From contig JAGCCU010000034.1 in assembly GCA_017651515.1 (NCBI GenBank), positions 10,049-74,048 of the forward strand: DNA of 64,000 bases, written 5' to 3'. This DNA comes from Muribaculaceae bacterium. GTDB taxonomy: Bacteria > Bacteroidota > Bacteroidia > Bacteroidales > Muribaculaceae. Below the pieces are notes generated by a model. The model saw only the letters and a program-made list of their open reading frames with translations. It did no database searches and was not told the origin of the DNA. How positions within the stretch are numbered: the first letter of the stretch is position 1; the number at the start of each line of letters is the position of its first letter. A program made the translations under genes and the position numbers. Below are positions 31,378 to 41,452 of the stretch, piece after piece.

Positions 31378-34300
31378 ATGAGATTATATTATAAAATACA
31401 TAAATTAATTATACTTATAATTATATTAGTATGCAATATGGGAAAGGGGTATGCACAAACCGAGATACCTCTTAACATACCAGCTCCAAATGCTGCATCG
31501 TTGGCTTCTTATGGCAACATTCCAATTTCCTACTTCTCTGGACAACCATCAATCAACATTCCATTATACACATTCAACGTTAGGGGTTTGGAAATGTCAA
31601 TTTTATTAACATATGATGCTTCTGGAGTCCAGATGAATACTTTACCTGGGTGGACAGGACATAACTGGACGCTTGTTGCTGGTGGAGTTATAACACGCAC
31701 AGTTCATGGTAATCCAGATGAAATTATTTATCCTCAACATGCTTATTTTAATTTTCACAATTATTTTGAATCTCACAATTTATTACCACCCATTATTAAC
31801 TCCTCAAATCCGGATACTGGAATTACAGACCTTTTAGACACTACATTCAATAGTGGGTATGACCTTGAGCCAGACATCTTCACATTCAGTTTTATGGGAC
31901 ATAGTGGCAAGTTTTTTCTTGGGAACGATGGTCAGTGGAAAGTTATGAGTGATGATAATCTGGAGATTATTTATGATGTAGAGAACTATACAAATCACAT
32001 TATTTCTCCATTCATTCATAAATATCCAGCCCAAATGTACGGGAATCAACCAAAGACAATTGAAGGGTTTAAAATCAGAGATGAAAGTGGGAATATTTAT
32101 GAGTTTGGTGGAGATTCAACCGCAATCGACTATGTCACCGATTTCATGCGCCAAACACAAGATGAGAATTTAGCGTCATGGATTGCAACCAGTTGGTACC
32201 TGACAAGGGTAACAGACAGATTTGGACAAGAACTTTACAGCTTTAGTTATACAAGAGGTCCTTTTATGGCTCAGTTCGCCCATGCCTATGAAGTATCAAC
32301 AATAAATGGAACTGGGTTTTGGGGTTTTGGTAACACACATATAGTCATACCAACACACACCAACAAGAAATTCCCATTTGTCGCACAACTCACCGCCCCG
32401 ACGTATCTCTCTAGAATAACAGCTTTAGACAGTACTGTAATGGAGTTCAACACATCCACCCACAATCAAGTCAACCAATATACTTCACCTAATAGTGCAC
32501 TTCGCAGAGCCTGTGCAAACGCAAGTGTGGGAACTGTATTTGAATTATTAAGCACGGTAATAAATCCTAATAATAGTCCATCAGCTGGAAATTTATTTAA
32601 TTACCTTCAAAATTCCGCTTATTCAAGTTTTATAGTGGGAACATACCCGTATTACGAAAATGGGAATAGTATAAATTTATTTGGTAACACAGGAACGAAG
32701 CGCTTAAGTACAATAACTATTAAAAACCTCAAAGTTAACAGTTGTAGGAAAATCAAGTTTCTCTATACTGATAATAATAGTGGAAACAATAATATTAGAC
32801 CGTTCCTGAGAAAGCTTATCTTTGAAAAATTATATAATTCCACCGACCAGGAGTTTATGTGCTATAAAATGGAATATGACCATCCTGAACTTTTGTCTAA
32901 AGATTACTTAACAGATTCAATAGATCACTGGGGATACTTTCGAGATGGTAAATTCAGCAATATTAGCACCTTAACCACTGAAAACTGGAACTCATTTTAT
33001 AATTCAAGAGCACCATCAAGTACGCACATGAAATATGGCTCACTAATCAAATTGGTTTATCCCACTGGTGGGGCTTCTACTTTCGAATATGAGCCGAATA
33101 CATATTCCTCTCGTCTGTCAGCCAACCGACAAGGACAGTATAATGTCAATGGTTCTGGTGCAGGATTACGTATTAGAAGTATAAAAGATTATGAAGATGA
33201 AGAGTGCGCTCATTTAATAAATAGCCGGTACTTCACATACAATAATCCAGGAACAACCAATTCAAGTGGAGTCTTAATCGCTTATCCAATGTATTATTTC
33301 AACTGGCAGGTCCCTCCCATTAATGGAACCTTATCAATACAAACTTTTCGCAACACATCAATTATCCCTCTAGTAAATTCATTTGGTCCAAGTATTGGCT
33401 ATACTTGGGTTGAAGAGCATTTCATGGATGGAAGCTTTATAAGACATAAGTTTCAAAATTATCCAGATATACCTTATGATATACTTGAAGTCACTTCACC
33501 ACTAAACACCATGGCAGCAACACCTCATGACAAATTTGGTGAACTTGGTTTTTATCGTGGCAAAGAGAAAGAGACATTGGAATTTGATGCAATGGGAGTA
33601 TTGAAACGAAAAAACGTATTCTCATATAGGAGCGACTATAATACAGATAGTTGTGTGTGGGGTTCATCCTTCTTTGTAGCACCTGGCTATGCAACCGGCA
33701 CCCTGACACACTATCCAGGACGTTTTTATAGACTATTTTATCAGAAATACGACCTAAGTAGTTTGCAAACCACAACATATCAAAATGGTGATTCTTCGGT
33801 CGTTACAATTTCATATACACATAACGACCACAATATCAATGGAACATATTTTCGAACGCTTGATAGTCAACTTACAAATAGAGGTAATGAGAATCAATTA
33901 ATAAGTTTTGTATATTCTTTTAACTCAAACAACTCAACTAACACAAGCTTGTTTAATCGGTATTTTTACCTTAAGCCCATAAGGAAATCATTATATATAG
34001 ACAATGATTTTATTCGCGAAGAAAAGACCATTTTTTCATCTTTTAATGTAAATGGACAAACACATCTATTGCCATCGTATGAGACAATTAAATATATTGA
34101 CAACTCGGTTGATACACTTGTTACGTATATATCATATTCCAATAACGGCCAACCTGTTCAATTACAGTTAAAGGGTGAACCCCTAACAACTTTAGAATGG
34201 AATAATGATAGTTGTCACTTAAATTATATTAAACATGGTGAATTATACACTTATTATAATTATGATTATTTTTGGGATGTTATCACAAGCATAACTAAAC

Positions 34301-34422
34301 CAAATAAAATCAAGAACTCATACGAATATAATACAAGCGGACAACTATCCACTATTAAAGATACCTATAATCGAAAAATGAAAAGCTACGATTATAACTA
34401 CCGATTAAAAAGAAATGATTAA
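31378..34422 (+). CDS. Bacteroidetes YD/Rhs-associated large secreted protein (N-terminal partner of DUF6443 Rhs)
   Basis: PNAASLA.YGNIPIS..SGQPSINIPLY, GWTG.NW.L.AGG.ITR, EPDIF.F.F.G.SGKF, DHWGY, YPTGG.S.FEYE, GAGLRI.SI; AT-rich. Confidence 0.8.
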   Translation: MRLYYKIHKLIILIIILVCNMGKGYAQTEIPLNIPAPNAASLASYGNIPISYFSGQPSINIPLYTFNVRGLEMSILLTYDASGVQMNTLPGWTGHNWTLVAGGVITRTVHGNPDEIIYPQHAYFNFHNYFESHNLLPPIINSSNPDTGITDLLDTTFNSGYDLEPDIFTFSFMGHSGKFFLGNDGQWKVMSDDNLEIIYDVENYTNHIISPFIHKYPAQMYGNQPKTIEGFKIRDESGNIYEFGGDSTAIDYVTDFMRQTQDENLASWIATSWYLTRVTDRFGQELYSFSYTRGPFMAQFAHAYEVSTINGTGFWGFGNTHIVIPTHTNKKFPFVAQLTAPTYLSRITALDSTVMEFNTSTHNQVNQYTSPNSALRRACANASVGTVFELLSTVINPNNSPSAGNLFNYLQNSAYSSFIVGTYPYYENGNSINLFGNTGTKRLSTITIKNLKVNSCRKIKFLYTDNNSGNNNIRPFLRKLIFEKLYNSTDQEFMCYKMEYDHPELLSKDYLTDSIDHWGYFRDGKFSNISTLTTENWNSFYNSRAPSSTHMKYGSLIKLVYPTGGASTFEYEPNTYSSRLSANRQGQYNVNGSGAGLRIRSIKDYEDEECAHLINSRYFTYNNPGTTNSSGVLIAYPMYYFNWQVPPINGTLSIQTFRNTSIIPLVNSFGPSIGYTWVEEHFMDGSFIRHKFQNYPDIPYDILEVTSPLNTMAATPHDKFGELGFYRGKEKETLEFDAMGVLKRKNVFSYRSDYNTDSCVWGSSFFVAPGYATGTLTHYPGRFYRLFYQKYDLSSLQTTTYQNGDSSVVTISYTHNDHNINGTYFRTLDSQLTNRGNENQLISFVYSFNSNNSTNTSLFNRYFYLKPIRKSLYIDNDFIREEKTIFSSFNVNGQTHLLPSYETIKYIDNSVDTLVTYISYSNNGQPVQLQLKGEPLTTLEWNNDSCHLNYIKHGELYTYYNYDYFWDVITSITKPNKIKNSYEYNTSGQLSTIKDTYNRKMKSYDYNYRLKRND

Positions 34423-37400
34423 ACAGTTACGACATATTGTTATTCTCTTGCTAATTTATGGAGTCCTGCCTTGCAATCTATGCTTGGCACAACCAACGAC
34501 AGTCAACTACGTCAAAACCATAACATATACAAGTCATACGCCAACATCTTCCATCACAAGCGTATCATATTATGATGGTCTCGGACGACCCATACAACAA
34601 GTACAGAAAAACGGATCACCAAATGGAAGTGACATGGTCACGTTTACAGAACATGATTTTAACGGACATGACAGTATAATATGGTGTTCTGCCACAATTG
34701 AAAATGTCGACTCGATTGTGCCCAAAATTTCTCTAATTGCCGCATCACAAGCAAGCAACTGCGACACAGCACCTTTTACATCCATAGGTTATGAACAATC
34801 ACCTTTAGGACGACCCATCAATCAAATTGCACCTGGTCAATCTTGGCATACATTAAACAAATCGGTTAATACAGAATACTTATTCAACAATTCAACCGAT
34901 AGGAAATGTTTTCATTATAAGACAACCGACAATGGTAATTCATTCACAATTGATAGAATTTATTCAACGGGTGAATTAGATGTTATACGTTTGACAGATG
35001 AAGACAGTACTATTGTTTATCAGTTTACAGACCTACATGGTAGGTTAATCCTTACCCGTGAGCAAGATGCAGCAGGTAGTGTTGTCAGAAACACCTATTA
35101 TGTTTACGATAACAGAGGTAATCTTTGTTTTGTGCTTCCACCTATGGCTGCTGCCGAATTGACATCAATAGGTCAAAATTGGAGCATCTCAAATTCTATT
35201 GTTGACAAGTATTGCTTCTGTTATAAATATAATAGTAAGAATCAATGCATTTATAGAAAAATGCCCGGTTGTGAGTATGAACAAATCTATTACGATAAGG
35301 CTGGGCGTATGGTCGCCACGCAGGATGGCAATCAGAGATTAGATCAGAAATGGTTATTACATCTTTACGATCAATACGGTAGAGAAACTGTTAATGCACT
35401 TTCCGCGTTTTACCCTATAGCATTTCCATTTATTACTGTACAGACTACTCCAAGCACTGATGGATTAGGATTCACGTCCAATATTAATATCAACGCTTCT
35501 GATGTATTATCAGTCAATTACTACGATGACTACAACTTTCTGAATATTTTCACATCTGTAAAGGATTCCATCAAATATCGCGACAAAGCCGGTTATGATA
35601 CGGCATGGGATTATGGCTGTGGCAATGATACTGTCTCTTCACACGGCATGCTGACGGGTATGGCAACGCGCATATTGGACACCGACACGCTGTTGTTGCG
35701 CACCATCTATTATGACTCTCACGAAAATGTAATCCAGACTCATGAGATGAATCTGAAAGGCGGCTATGAACATTATTACTACGACCTTTCTTTCACAGGA
35801 AAACCTCTAAAAATACGACATGAGCACACGACCGCTGATACCGCTCTCGTAGAGACAACTACCTTCACCTACGACAACATGGAACGGTTGCTGACCGTCT
35901 CACTGACACAAGATGACGGCTCACCGCAGCTGCTGTGCAGCAACACTTATGATGAACTCGGACGACTCGCCACACAGGGTCTGGGCGGCTCGTCACAGGG
36001 TGGCAGCGCTTCTTTTGCGCACCAAACCGACTATACATATAATGTGCGAGGCTGGCTTTCAGGAATAAGTGGCACGAAGTTCTCTCAGACGCTTCATTAT
36101 GAGGACGCAGGCTCTACGGGTGCCACGCCGTGCTTCAACGGCAACATAAGCGCAATGGAGTGGACGGCACAAGAAACTCTTTTCACTTCCAGCCCTACGG
36201 CACAGCGATATGCATATTCATACGACGGTCTGAACCGTCTCACATCGGCTGTCTATGGCACGACAAGCGCATCTTCAATCAATGGCTTCTTGGTGATTTA
36301 CAATAACGAGCCACGCAATTACTCGTGCACTTACCAGTATGACCTGAACGGCAACATTACAGCACTTACGCGCAAGGGAGTTAGCATGACAACCACTGTG
36401 TCGCCATACGTCGTATGGGCATTCGACGACATTGACGACCTGACGATTACTTATAATGGCAACCAGCTTAAGAAAGTCACCGACCAGTGCGACGAGCTGA
36501 CCTACGAGGGAGCCATGGATTTCCGCGATGGCGCCAATAAAGGCACTGAGTATTCTTGGGACGCTAACGGCAATATAACCAGCGACAAGAACCGTAGAAT
36601 CCATAAGATAATCTACAACGTGCTGAACCTGCCACGCAAAATAACATTTAATGACGGCAACATCATTCAGCACACCTATGCCGCCGACGGCCGACGTCTG
36701 CGCACCGAGTATCTGCTCAGCAATATGCAGATAATGGAGCGTGAAGGCATTGGCGATGGGCTGACACCGATGAGTGGTGGCATTGCCGGCGGCGACAGCC
36801 CCGACTTCCTAGGCCCGGGCATACCTATCGACCCGATCAATCCAATCGATGACAACACAGTAACCACACTAACGAAACGTGAATACTGCGGCAACCACAT
36901 CTATCGCAACGACTCACTGGAGCGTGTGCTGAACGACTACGGCTACCGCAATGCCACAGGATACCACTACTATGTCAATGACTATCAGGGCAATGTGCGG
37001 GCCGTGGTGGACGGCAGTGGCACCCTGAAGGAGGTAAACAGCTACTACCCATATGGTGCTCTGATGGGGGGAGGCATCGCCGCTGGAGTGCAGCCGTATA
37101 AGTACGGCGGTAAGGAACTTGACCGGCAGGCTGGCATTGACTGGTATGACAACCACGCCCGCTGGTACGACTCGTTGATAGGTCAAACACCCACACAAGA
37201 CCGCCTCGCTGAAAAGTACTACCACCTTTCACCCTATGCTTGGTGCGCTGGAAACCCGATTGGATTCATTGACCCAAGCGGCATGAATCCCATATATGAT
37301 TTTTCTGGTTCCTTCCTTGGGCAAACAAATGAAGGATTTTCAGGGCAAATTTATGTATTTTTGGGAACATCTACATTAGATAATATAAGCAACATGTCTG

Positions 37401-37918
37401 TTGATGACGCTATTAATACATATGGAATTATGCCAATGGATGATTTCTCACTTAATCAAGATTGTTCAGAAGATAATCCATTATTACTTTCAAATCAATC
37501 AAAATCAAATATAATCACAAATATTATTTCACATTTTGAAAAGGAACAAGTTTTTGAGAAAACTTTTTCTATGAAATCTTTAGAAAATGAAAAAATTGAT
37601 ATTAAAGACATTGGTTTTGGTAAAAATTGGACTACAAATTATCACACACTGAACAAAACTAAACCAATTAAAATTGTTGGATCTGGAACTTTTCAAACTG
37701 ATTATGAGGGGACTGTTGAAAATATTGCTGCAACAGTATTGTATCATGAATGGTATGGTCATGGTATGCACCATCTTTCTGATGAGAATAAGAATCACCA
37801 CAAAGCATATTGGTGTGTAATGCAATCTCCATTATGGGAAGCAACTACTGAAAAATATAAAGAATATGTTAAAAATCAGTATAATAACTATTTACTAAAG
37901 GAAAGAGGAATAAGATGA
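34415..37918 (+). CDS. DUF6443/RHS-repeat-associated core polymorphic toxin with variable C-terminal tip
   Basis: YYDGLGRPIQ, YNVRGWL, FNGNIS, YSYDGLNRLTSA, DYQGNVR, YKYGGKELD, PYAWCAGNPIGFIDPSG cleavage motif, then an AT-rich tip with HEWYGH. Confidence 0.9.
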   Translation: MIKQLRHIVILLLIYGVLPCNLCLAQPTTVNYVKTITYTSHTPTSSITSVSYYDGLGRPIQQVQKNGSPNGSDMVTFTEHDFNGHDSIIWCSATIENVDSIVPKISLIAASQASNCDTAPFTSIGYEQSPLGRPINQIAPGQSWHTLNKSVNTEYLFNNSTDRKCFHYKTTDNGNSFTIDRIYSTGELDVIRLTDEDSTIVYQFTDLHGRLILTREQDAAGSVVRNTYYVYDNRGNLCFVLPPMAAAELTSIGQNWSISNSIVDKYCFCYKYNSKNQCIYRKMPGCEYEQIYYDKAGRMVATQDGNQRLDQKWLLHLYDQYGRETVNALSAFYPIAFPFITVQTTPSTDGLGFTSNININASDVLSVNYYDDYNFLNIFTSVKDSIKYRDKAGYDTAWDYGCGNDTVSSHGMLTGMATRILDTDTLLLRTIYYDSHENVIQTHEMNLKGGYEHYYYDLSFTGKPLKIRHEHTTADTALVETTTFTYDNMERLLTVSLTQDDGSPQLLCSNTYDELGRLATQGLGGSSQGGSASFAHQTDYTYNVRGWLSGISGTKFSQTLHYEDAGSTGATPCFNGNISAMEWTAQETLFTSSPTAQRYAYSYDGLNRLTSAVYGTTSASSINGFLVIYNNEPRNYSCTYQYDLNGNITALTRKGVSMTTTVSPYVVWAFDDIDDLTITYNGNQLKKVTDQCDELTYEGAMDFRDGANKGTEYSWDANGNITSDKNRRIHKIIYNVLNLPRKITFNDGNIIQHTYAADGRRLRTEYLLSNMQIMEREGIGDGLTPMSGGIAGGDSPDFLGPGIPIDPINPIDDNTVTTLTKREYCGNHIYRNDSLERVLNDYGYRNATGYHYYVNDYQGNVRAVVDGSGTLKEVNSYYPYGALMGGGIAAGVQPYKYGGKELDRQAGIDWYDNHARWYDSLIGQTPTQDRLAEKYYHLSPYAWCAGNPIGFIDPSGMNPIYDFSGSFLGQTNEGFSGQIYVFLGTSTLDNISNMSVDDAINTYGIMPMDDFSLNQDCSEDNPLLLSNQSKSNIITNIISHFEKEQVFEKTFSMKSLENEKIDIKDIGFGKNWTTNYHTLNKTKPIKIVGSGTFQTDYEGTVENIAATVLYHEWYGHGMHHLSDENKNHHKAYWCVMQSPLWEATTEKYKEYVKNQYNNYLLKERGIR

Positions 37919-38457
37919 AAATAATTATATGTGTATTTTTGATTAATGTTGCTGTTATTGGCTGTATGGCCAATAATAATTGTACAGGTGATTTCGTTGC
38001 TTCGATTGAATTTACTCACTTCGGTAAGGTCCCAATATATGAAATCATTATACAGATTTATGATTCAGATTCACTATCTTCACGAGTTCATCTTATAAAA
38101 GAAGTTCCAGATTCTTTATATGGTTCTTGTGAATTATTAGAATCAGATCAAGAAAAACTTATTCACTATATAGAGGCCATATATAGTAAAAAACCAGTTG
38201 ATGATTATATCTTTTACGAAAAAAGTGAATGGGCGGTATCCAGCACTAGAGATATAATTACCATAACATTAGATAATGGCCAAGAATATAGATATATATT
38301 AGGCGATACCAATTCAAAAGCCATTCAACTTGTTGGCGAATATTTGGTTCAATATACAGAATCGTTCCGTAAATTAGCGAACTTAGTATATAACATATAT
38401 AACCGAATGATATTTTATTATATAAAAGACAATAAATATGTCGCTTATCCTGAATGA
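37915..38457 (+). CDS. Probable cognate immunity (lipo)protein
   Basis: ATGA overlap with the toxin stop, AT-rich, signal peptide with VIGC lipobox-like Cys. Confidence 0.65.
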   Translation: MKIIICVFLINVAVIGCMANNNCTGDFVASIEFTHFGKVPIYEIIIQIYDSDSLSSRVHLIKEVPDSLYGSCELLESDQEKLIHYIEAIYSKKPVDDYIFYEKSEWAVSSTRDIITITLDNGQEYRYILGDTNSKAIQLVGEYLVQYTESFRKLANLVYNIYNRMIFYYIKDNKYVAYPE

Positions 38458-39013
38458 ATCATTTAGTTCTAACAATTTAGACGACCTGCAACTCACCTAT
38501 GACGGCAACCAGCTTAAGAAAGTCACCGACCAGTGCGACGAGCTCACCTACGAAGGAGCCATGGATTTCCGCGATGGTGCCAACAAGGCCACCGAGTATT
38601 CTTGGGATGCAAACGGCAATATGACCAGCGACAAGAACCGTAAAATCCATAATATAACCTACAACGTGCTGAACTTGCCGCGCAGAATAACATTTAATGA
38701 CGGCAACATCATTCAGCACACCTATGCCGCCGACGGCCGACGTCTGCGCACCGAGTATCTACTCAGCAACATGCAGATAATGGAGCGTGAAGGCATTGGC
38801 GATGGGCTGACACCGATGAGTGGCGGCATTGCCGGCGGTGACAGCCCCGACTTTCTGGGACCGGGCATACCTATCGACCCGATCAATCCAATCGAAGACA
38901 ACAGAGTCGTTACGCTCATGGTGCGTGACTACTGCGGCAACCACATCTATCGCAACGACTCGCTCGAACGTGTGCTGAACGACTACGGCTATTGGGCCGA
39001 CAACTACTATTAA
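38438..39013 (+). pseudogene. Orphan Rhs core fragment duplicating part of the upstream Rhs gene
   Basis: 38480-38991 is collinear (constant offset 2046) and near-identical to 36434-36945; stops before the core end and has no toxin tip. Confidence 0.85.
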
Positions 39014-39035
39014 TCCTTGCAATAACTATAATAAT

Positions 39036-40157
39036 ATGACAATAAGAATAAAACAAATCCTGTCTTTTTGTCTGCTTTTTGTAAGTGTTTTGCCACAGCA
39101 TGCCTATGCTTACAATGATATGCGCTCATCGGTGCACTGGCCTGCCAATGGTGACAAAGTGACCAAGACACACTATGAGTTCGTTGATATGCCCACCGAT
39201 AGCACCATCTGGGATTTCAGTCATGTCATTGAGACAGGAGAAAACCATGACATGCAATGGCTAAATCTCGGTGATTCTATCCTTGTGCGAATAGAGCAAG
39301 GCTCTCAATCAACATACTGTTACCGCAACGACACAATAATAATGAATTCATTTGAGAATGCTCTTTTCGGCATGCGTAATAATATAGCTCCTGTTGTATT
39401 ACATGCCGGCTTCCCATGCATTGGAGACAGCGTTATTTCTCATTTTAATTTCTCAGGTAAGTATTGCGGAAACAACGCAGTTGATTTCTATGGTTTACAT
39501 ATTCTTAAAAACATAGCCTCTGGAACGTTAATTCTGCCAAATGACACGTTGACAAATATCATTCGCATTCGCCAAACCATTAATGGAATTTTGACCGTCA
39601 GTCCTCACGCTTTCTTATTTAATAATAGCGAAAATAAGCATGATTTAAAAACACTTCAACATACAATTACCACCGACCGTTGGTATTCTCCTCACTTTAA
39701 ATACGAGCTTGCAGAAAACACAATAAGCACATATAGTTGCGAAGGGAATATACTACAGCGATCATTATCCACATTTCTCTGTTGTCCAGATGCACAGATT
39801 TATTCTTTAGGTACATATAATAGCCGAAGTCATCCTCGGAACAACTTACCAACAAACGGAGATACTCATACATCAGGTCATTCGCTGTCACCAATTGAAA
39901 ACATTTTTTTCTCAATTGGAAACAACGATATCAATATTACCTTTAACAACTTACATTCATTAAATTCGGATGTTAAGACTTCTTTGATTCTGAGCGATCA
40001 ATTAGGCAGAATTTGGTCATCACATCATATTGACTTATCAACATCGCAACAATATCAAAGTAGTATTCCCATTTCTGGTTTACCATCGGGTAATTATATT
40101 TTATATATATCATTAGGAAATGAAATAAAAACCTTCAAATTTCAAATAAAACAATAA
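39036..40157 (+). CDS. T9SS type-A sorting-domain protein of the Rhs locus
   Basis: Signal peptide, GDKVTK, IWDFS, ASGTLILP.DT, RWY; CTD LSDQLGRI...ISGLPSGNYILYI...KFQIK. Confidence 0.75.
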   Translation: MTIRIKQILSFCLLFVSVLPQHAYAYNDMRSSVHWPANGDKVTKTHYEFVDMPTDSTIWDFSHVIETGENHDMQWLNLGDSILVRIEQGSQSTYCYRNDTIIMNSFENALFGMRNNIAPVVLHAGFPCIGDSVISHFNFSGKYCGNNAVDFYGLHILKNIASGTLILPNDTLTNIIRIRQTINGILTVSPHAFLFNNSENKHDLKTLQHTITTDRWYSPHFKYELAENTISTYSCEGNILQRSLSTFLCCPDAQIYSLGTYNSRSHPRNNLPTNGDTHTSGHSLSPIENIFFSIGNNDINITFNNLHSLNSDVKTSLILSDQLGRIWSSHHIDLSTSQQYQSSIPISGLPSGNYILYISLGNEIKTFKFQIKQ

Positions 40158-40189
40158 ACAATATCGTTATCAATTAATTAAACACATAT

Positions 40190-40216
40190 TATGAGCAATA
40201 TACTTTCATATAGCAA
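40190..40216 (+). repeat. 27-bp direct repeat of the start of gene 41453 (second copy 41452-41478)
   Basis: TATGAGCAATATACTTTCATATAGCAA at both sites; the first copy gives a dead 13-codon ORF MSNILSYSKETLP. Confidence 0.9.
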
Positions 40217-40232
40217 AGAAACACTCCCCTAA

Positions 40233-40281
40233 AAAAGTTACAATTATGTAACTTACATTTATGTAACTTTTCATATATTTG
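40233..40281 (+). promoter_or_regulatory. Operator-like nested palindromes plus -7 promoter element of the AAA ATPase gene
   Basis: AAGTTACA-ATTA-TGTAACTT, TTATGTAACTT repeated at a 15-bp period, TATATTTG at 40274-40281. Confidence 0.6.
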
Positions 40282-40311
40282 CAATCGGAAAACAACAATA
40301 GAATAAACATC

Positions 40312-41448
40312 ATGGTTTCACCTTTTCAATATGGTTCATTGGTCGAAAAAGATAATTTTATCGATCGAACAGAAGACCGGGCATTGCTTAAACAATTATT
40401 AATGTCGGGAATACACGTTATGCTCATTTCACCACGACGTTGGGGGAAAAGCTCGCTGGTCAAGGTGGTAACTGATGAACTTGCCGACGAAAACGAGAAT
40501 GTGAGAATATGCCGCATAGATGCATTTTCTATAAATGATGAAACGGAATTCTATCGTACTTTTGCAAGCCGTGTGATGTCGTGTGCCGCCTCACGTTTTG
40601 AAAGGGGGCTCAAAGAGATGAAGAAATTCCTTACAGGTGTGGTGCCACAACTGGTTATAAAAGATGATTTGACCGACTTCCTGACCTTTGACCTGCGTTT
40701 TGAACCTCAAGAACGCGACAAACTTGAGATTTTAGCACTTCCCGAGAAGATTGCAAAAGACAAGAATCTGCGCATTATTGTATGCATAGATGAGTTCCAG
40801 CAACTTGCCCGCATACCGCAGTATAGTGACATGGAAGGCAAGATGAGGTCGGTGTGGCAGCATCAGCACAATGTGTCCTATTGTCTCTATGGCAGCAAGC
40901 GCCACATGATGACAGACATTTTCAACGACTCGTCCAAACCATTCTATCGTTTTGGCCAGGTTATATGGCTCAAAAAAATTGAGCAAGAATATTGGGTTAA
41001 GTTTATCGTTGAAGCATTTGCTAAAACAGGGAAAGGAATTTCATTAAAGATGGCTGAGCACATTTGCCATGTAACACAATGCCACTCGTGGTATGTGCAA
41101 CAATTATGCTTCTTTGTGTGGAATGCTACCAGTAATGAAGTGACTGATGAAATCTTTGCAACGGCATTACAACGCCTAATCGACACAAACTCCCCTATGT
41201 TCCAAAACGACATGGAACTACTCACTCCAAGTCAAAAGGCTATGCTTAGAGCAATCAACGATGGCGTGAAGCAACTGGCATCGGTCAAATCCAATCAGAT
41301 TTATCATTTGGGCAATGCCAATACCATAGCTCGCAACAAGCGCATTCTGCAAGACAAAGACATCATTGAGCATGACGGCGACCATTTCATATTTGTTGAT
41401 CCGATATTCAAACTATGGTTAACTCAAGAAACAGAATTAAATATATAA
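40312..41448 (+). CDS. AAA+/archaeal-ATPase-family (STAND-like) P-loop protein with C-terminal wHTH
   Basis: PFQYG, FIDR.E, Walker A SPRRWGKSS, Walker B IVCIDEFQ, GSKRHMM, PFYRFG, FVDPIFKLWL. Confidence 0.88.
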   Translation: MVSPFQYGSLVEKDNFIDRTEDRALLKQLLMSGIHVMLISPRRWGKSSLVKVVTDELADENENVRICRIDAFSINDETEFYRTFASRVMSCAASRFERGLKEMKKFLTGVVPQLVIKDDLTDFLTFDLRFEPQERDKLEILALPEKIAKDKNLRIIVCIDEFQQLARIPQYSDMEGKMRSVWQHQHNVSYCLYGSKRHMMTDIFNDSSKPFYRFGQVIWLKKIEQEYWVKFIVEAFAKTGKGISLKMAEHICHVTQCHSWYVQQLCFFVWNATSNEVTDEIFATALQRLIDTNSPMFQNDMELLTPSQKAMLRAINDGVKQLASVKSNQIYHLGNANTIARNKRILQDKDIIEHDGDHFIFVDPIFKLWLTQETELNI

Positions 41449-41452
41449 GACT

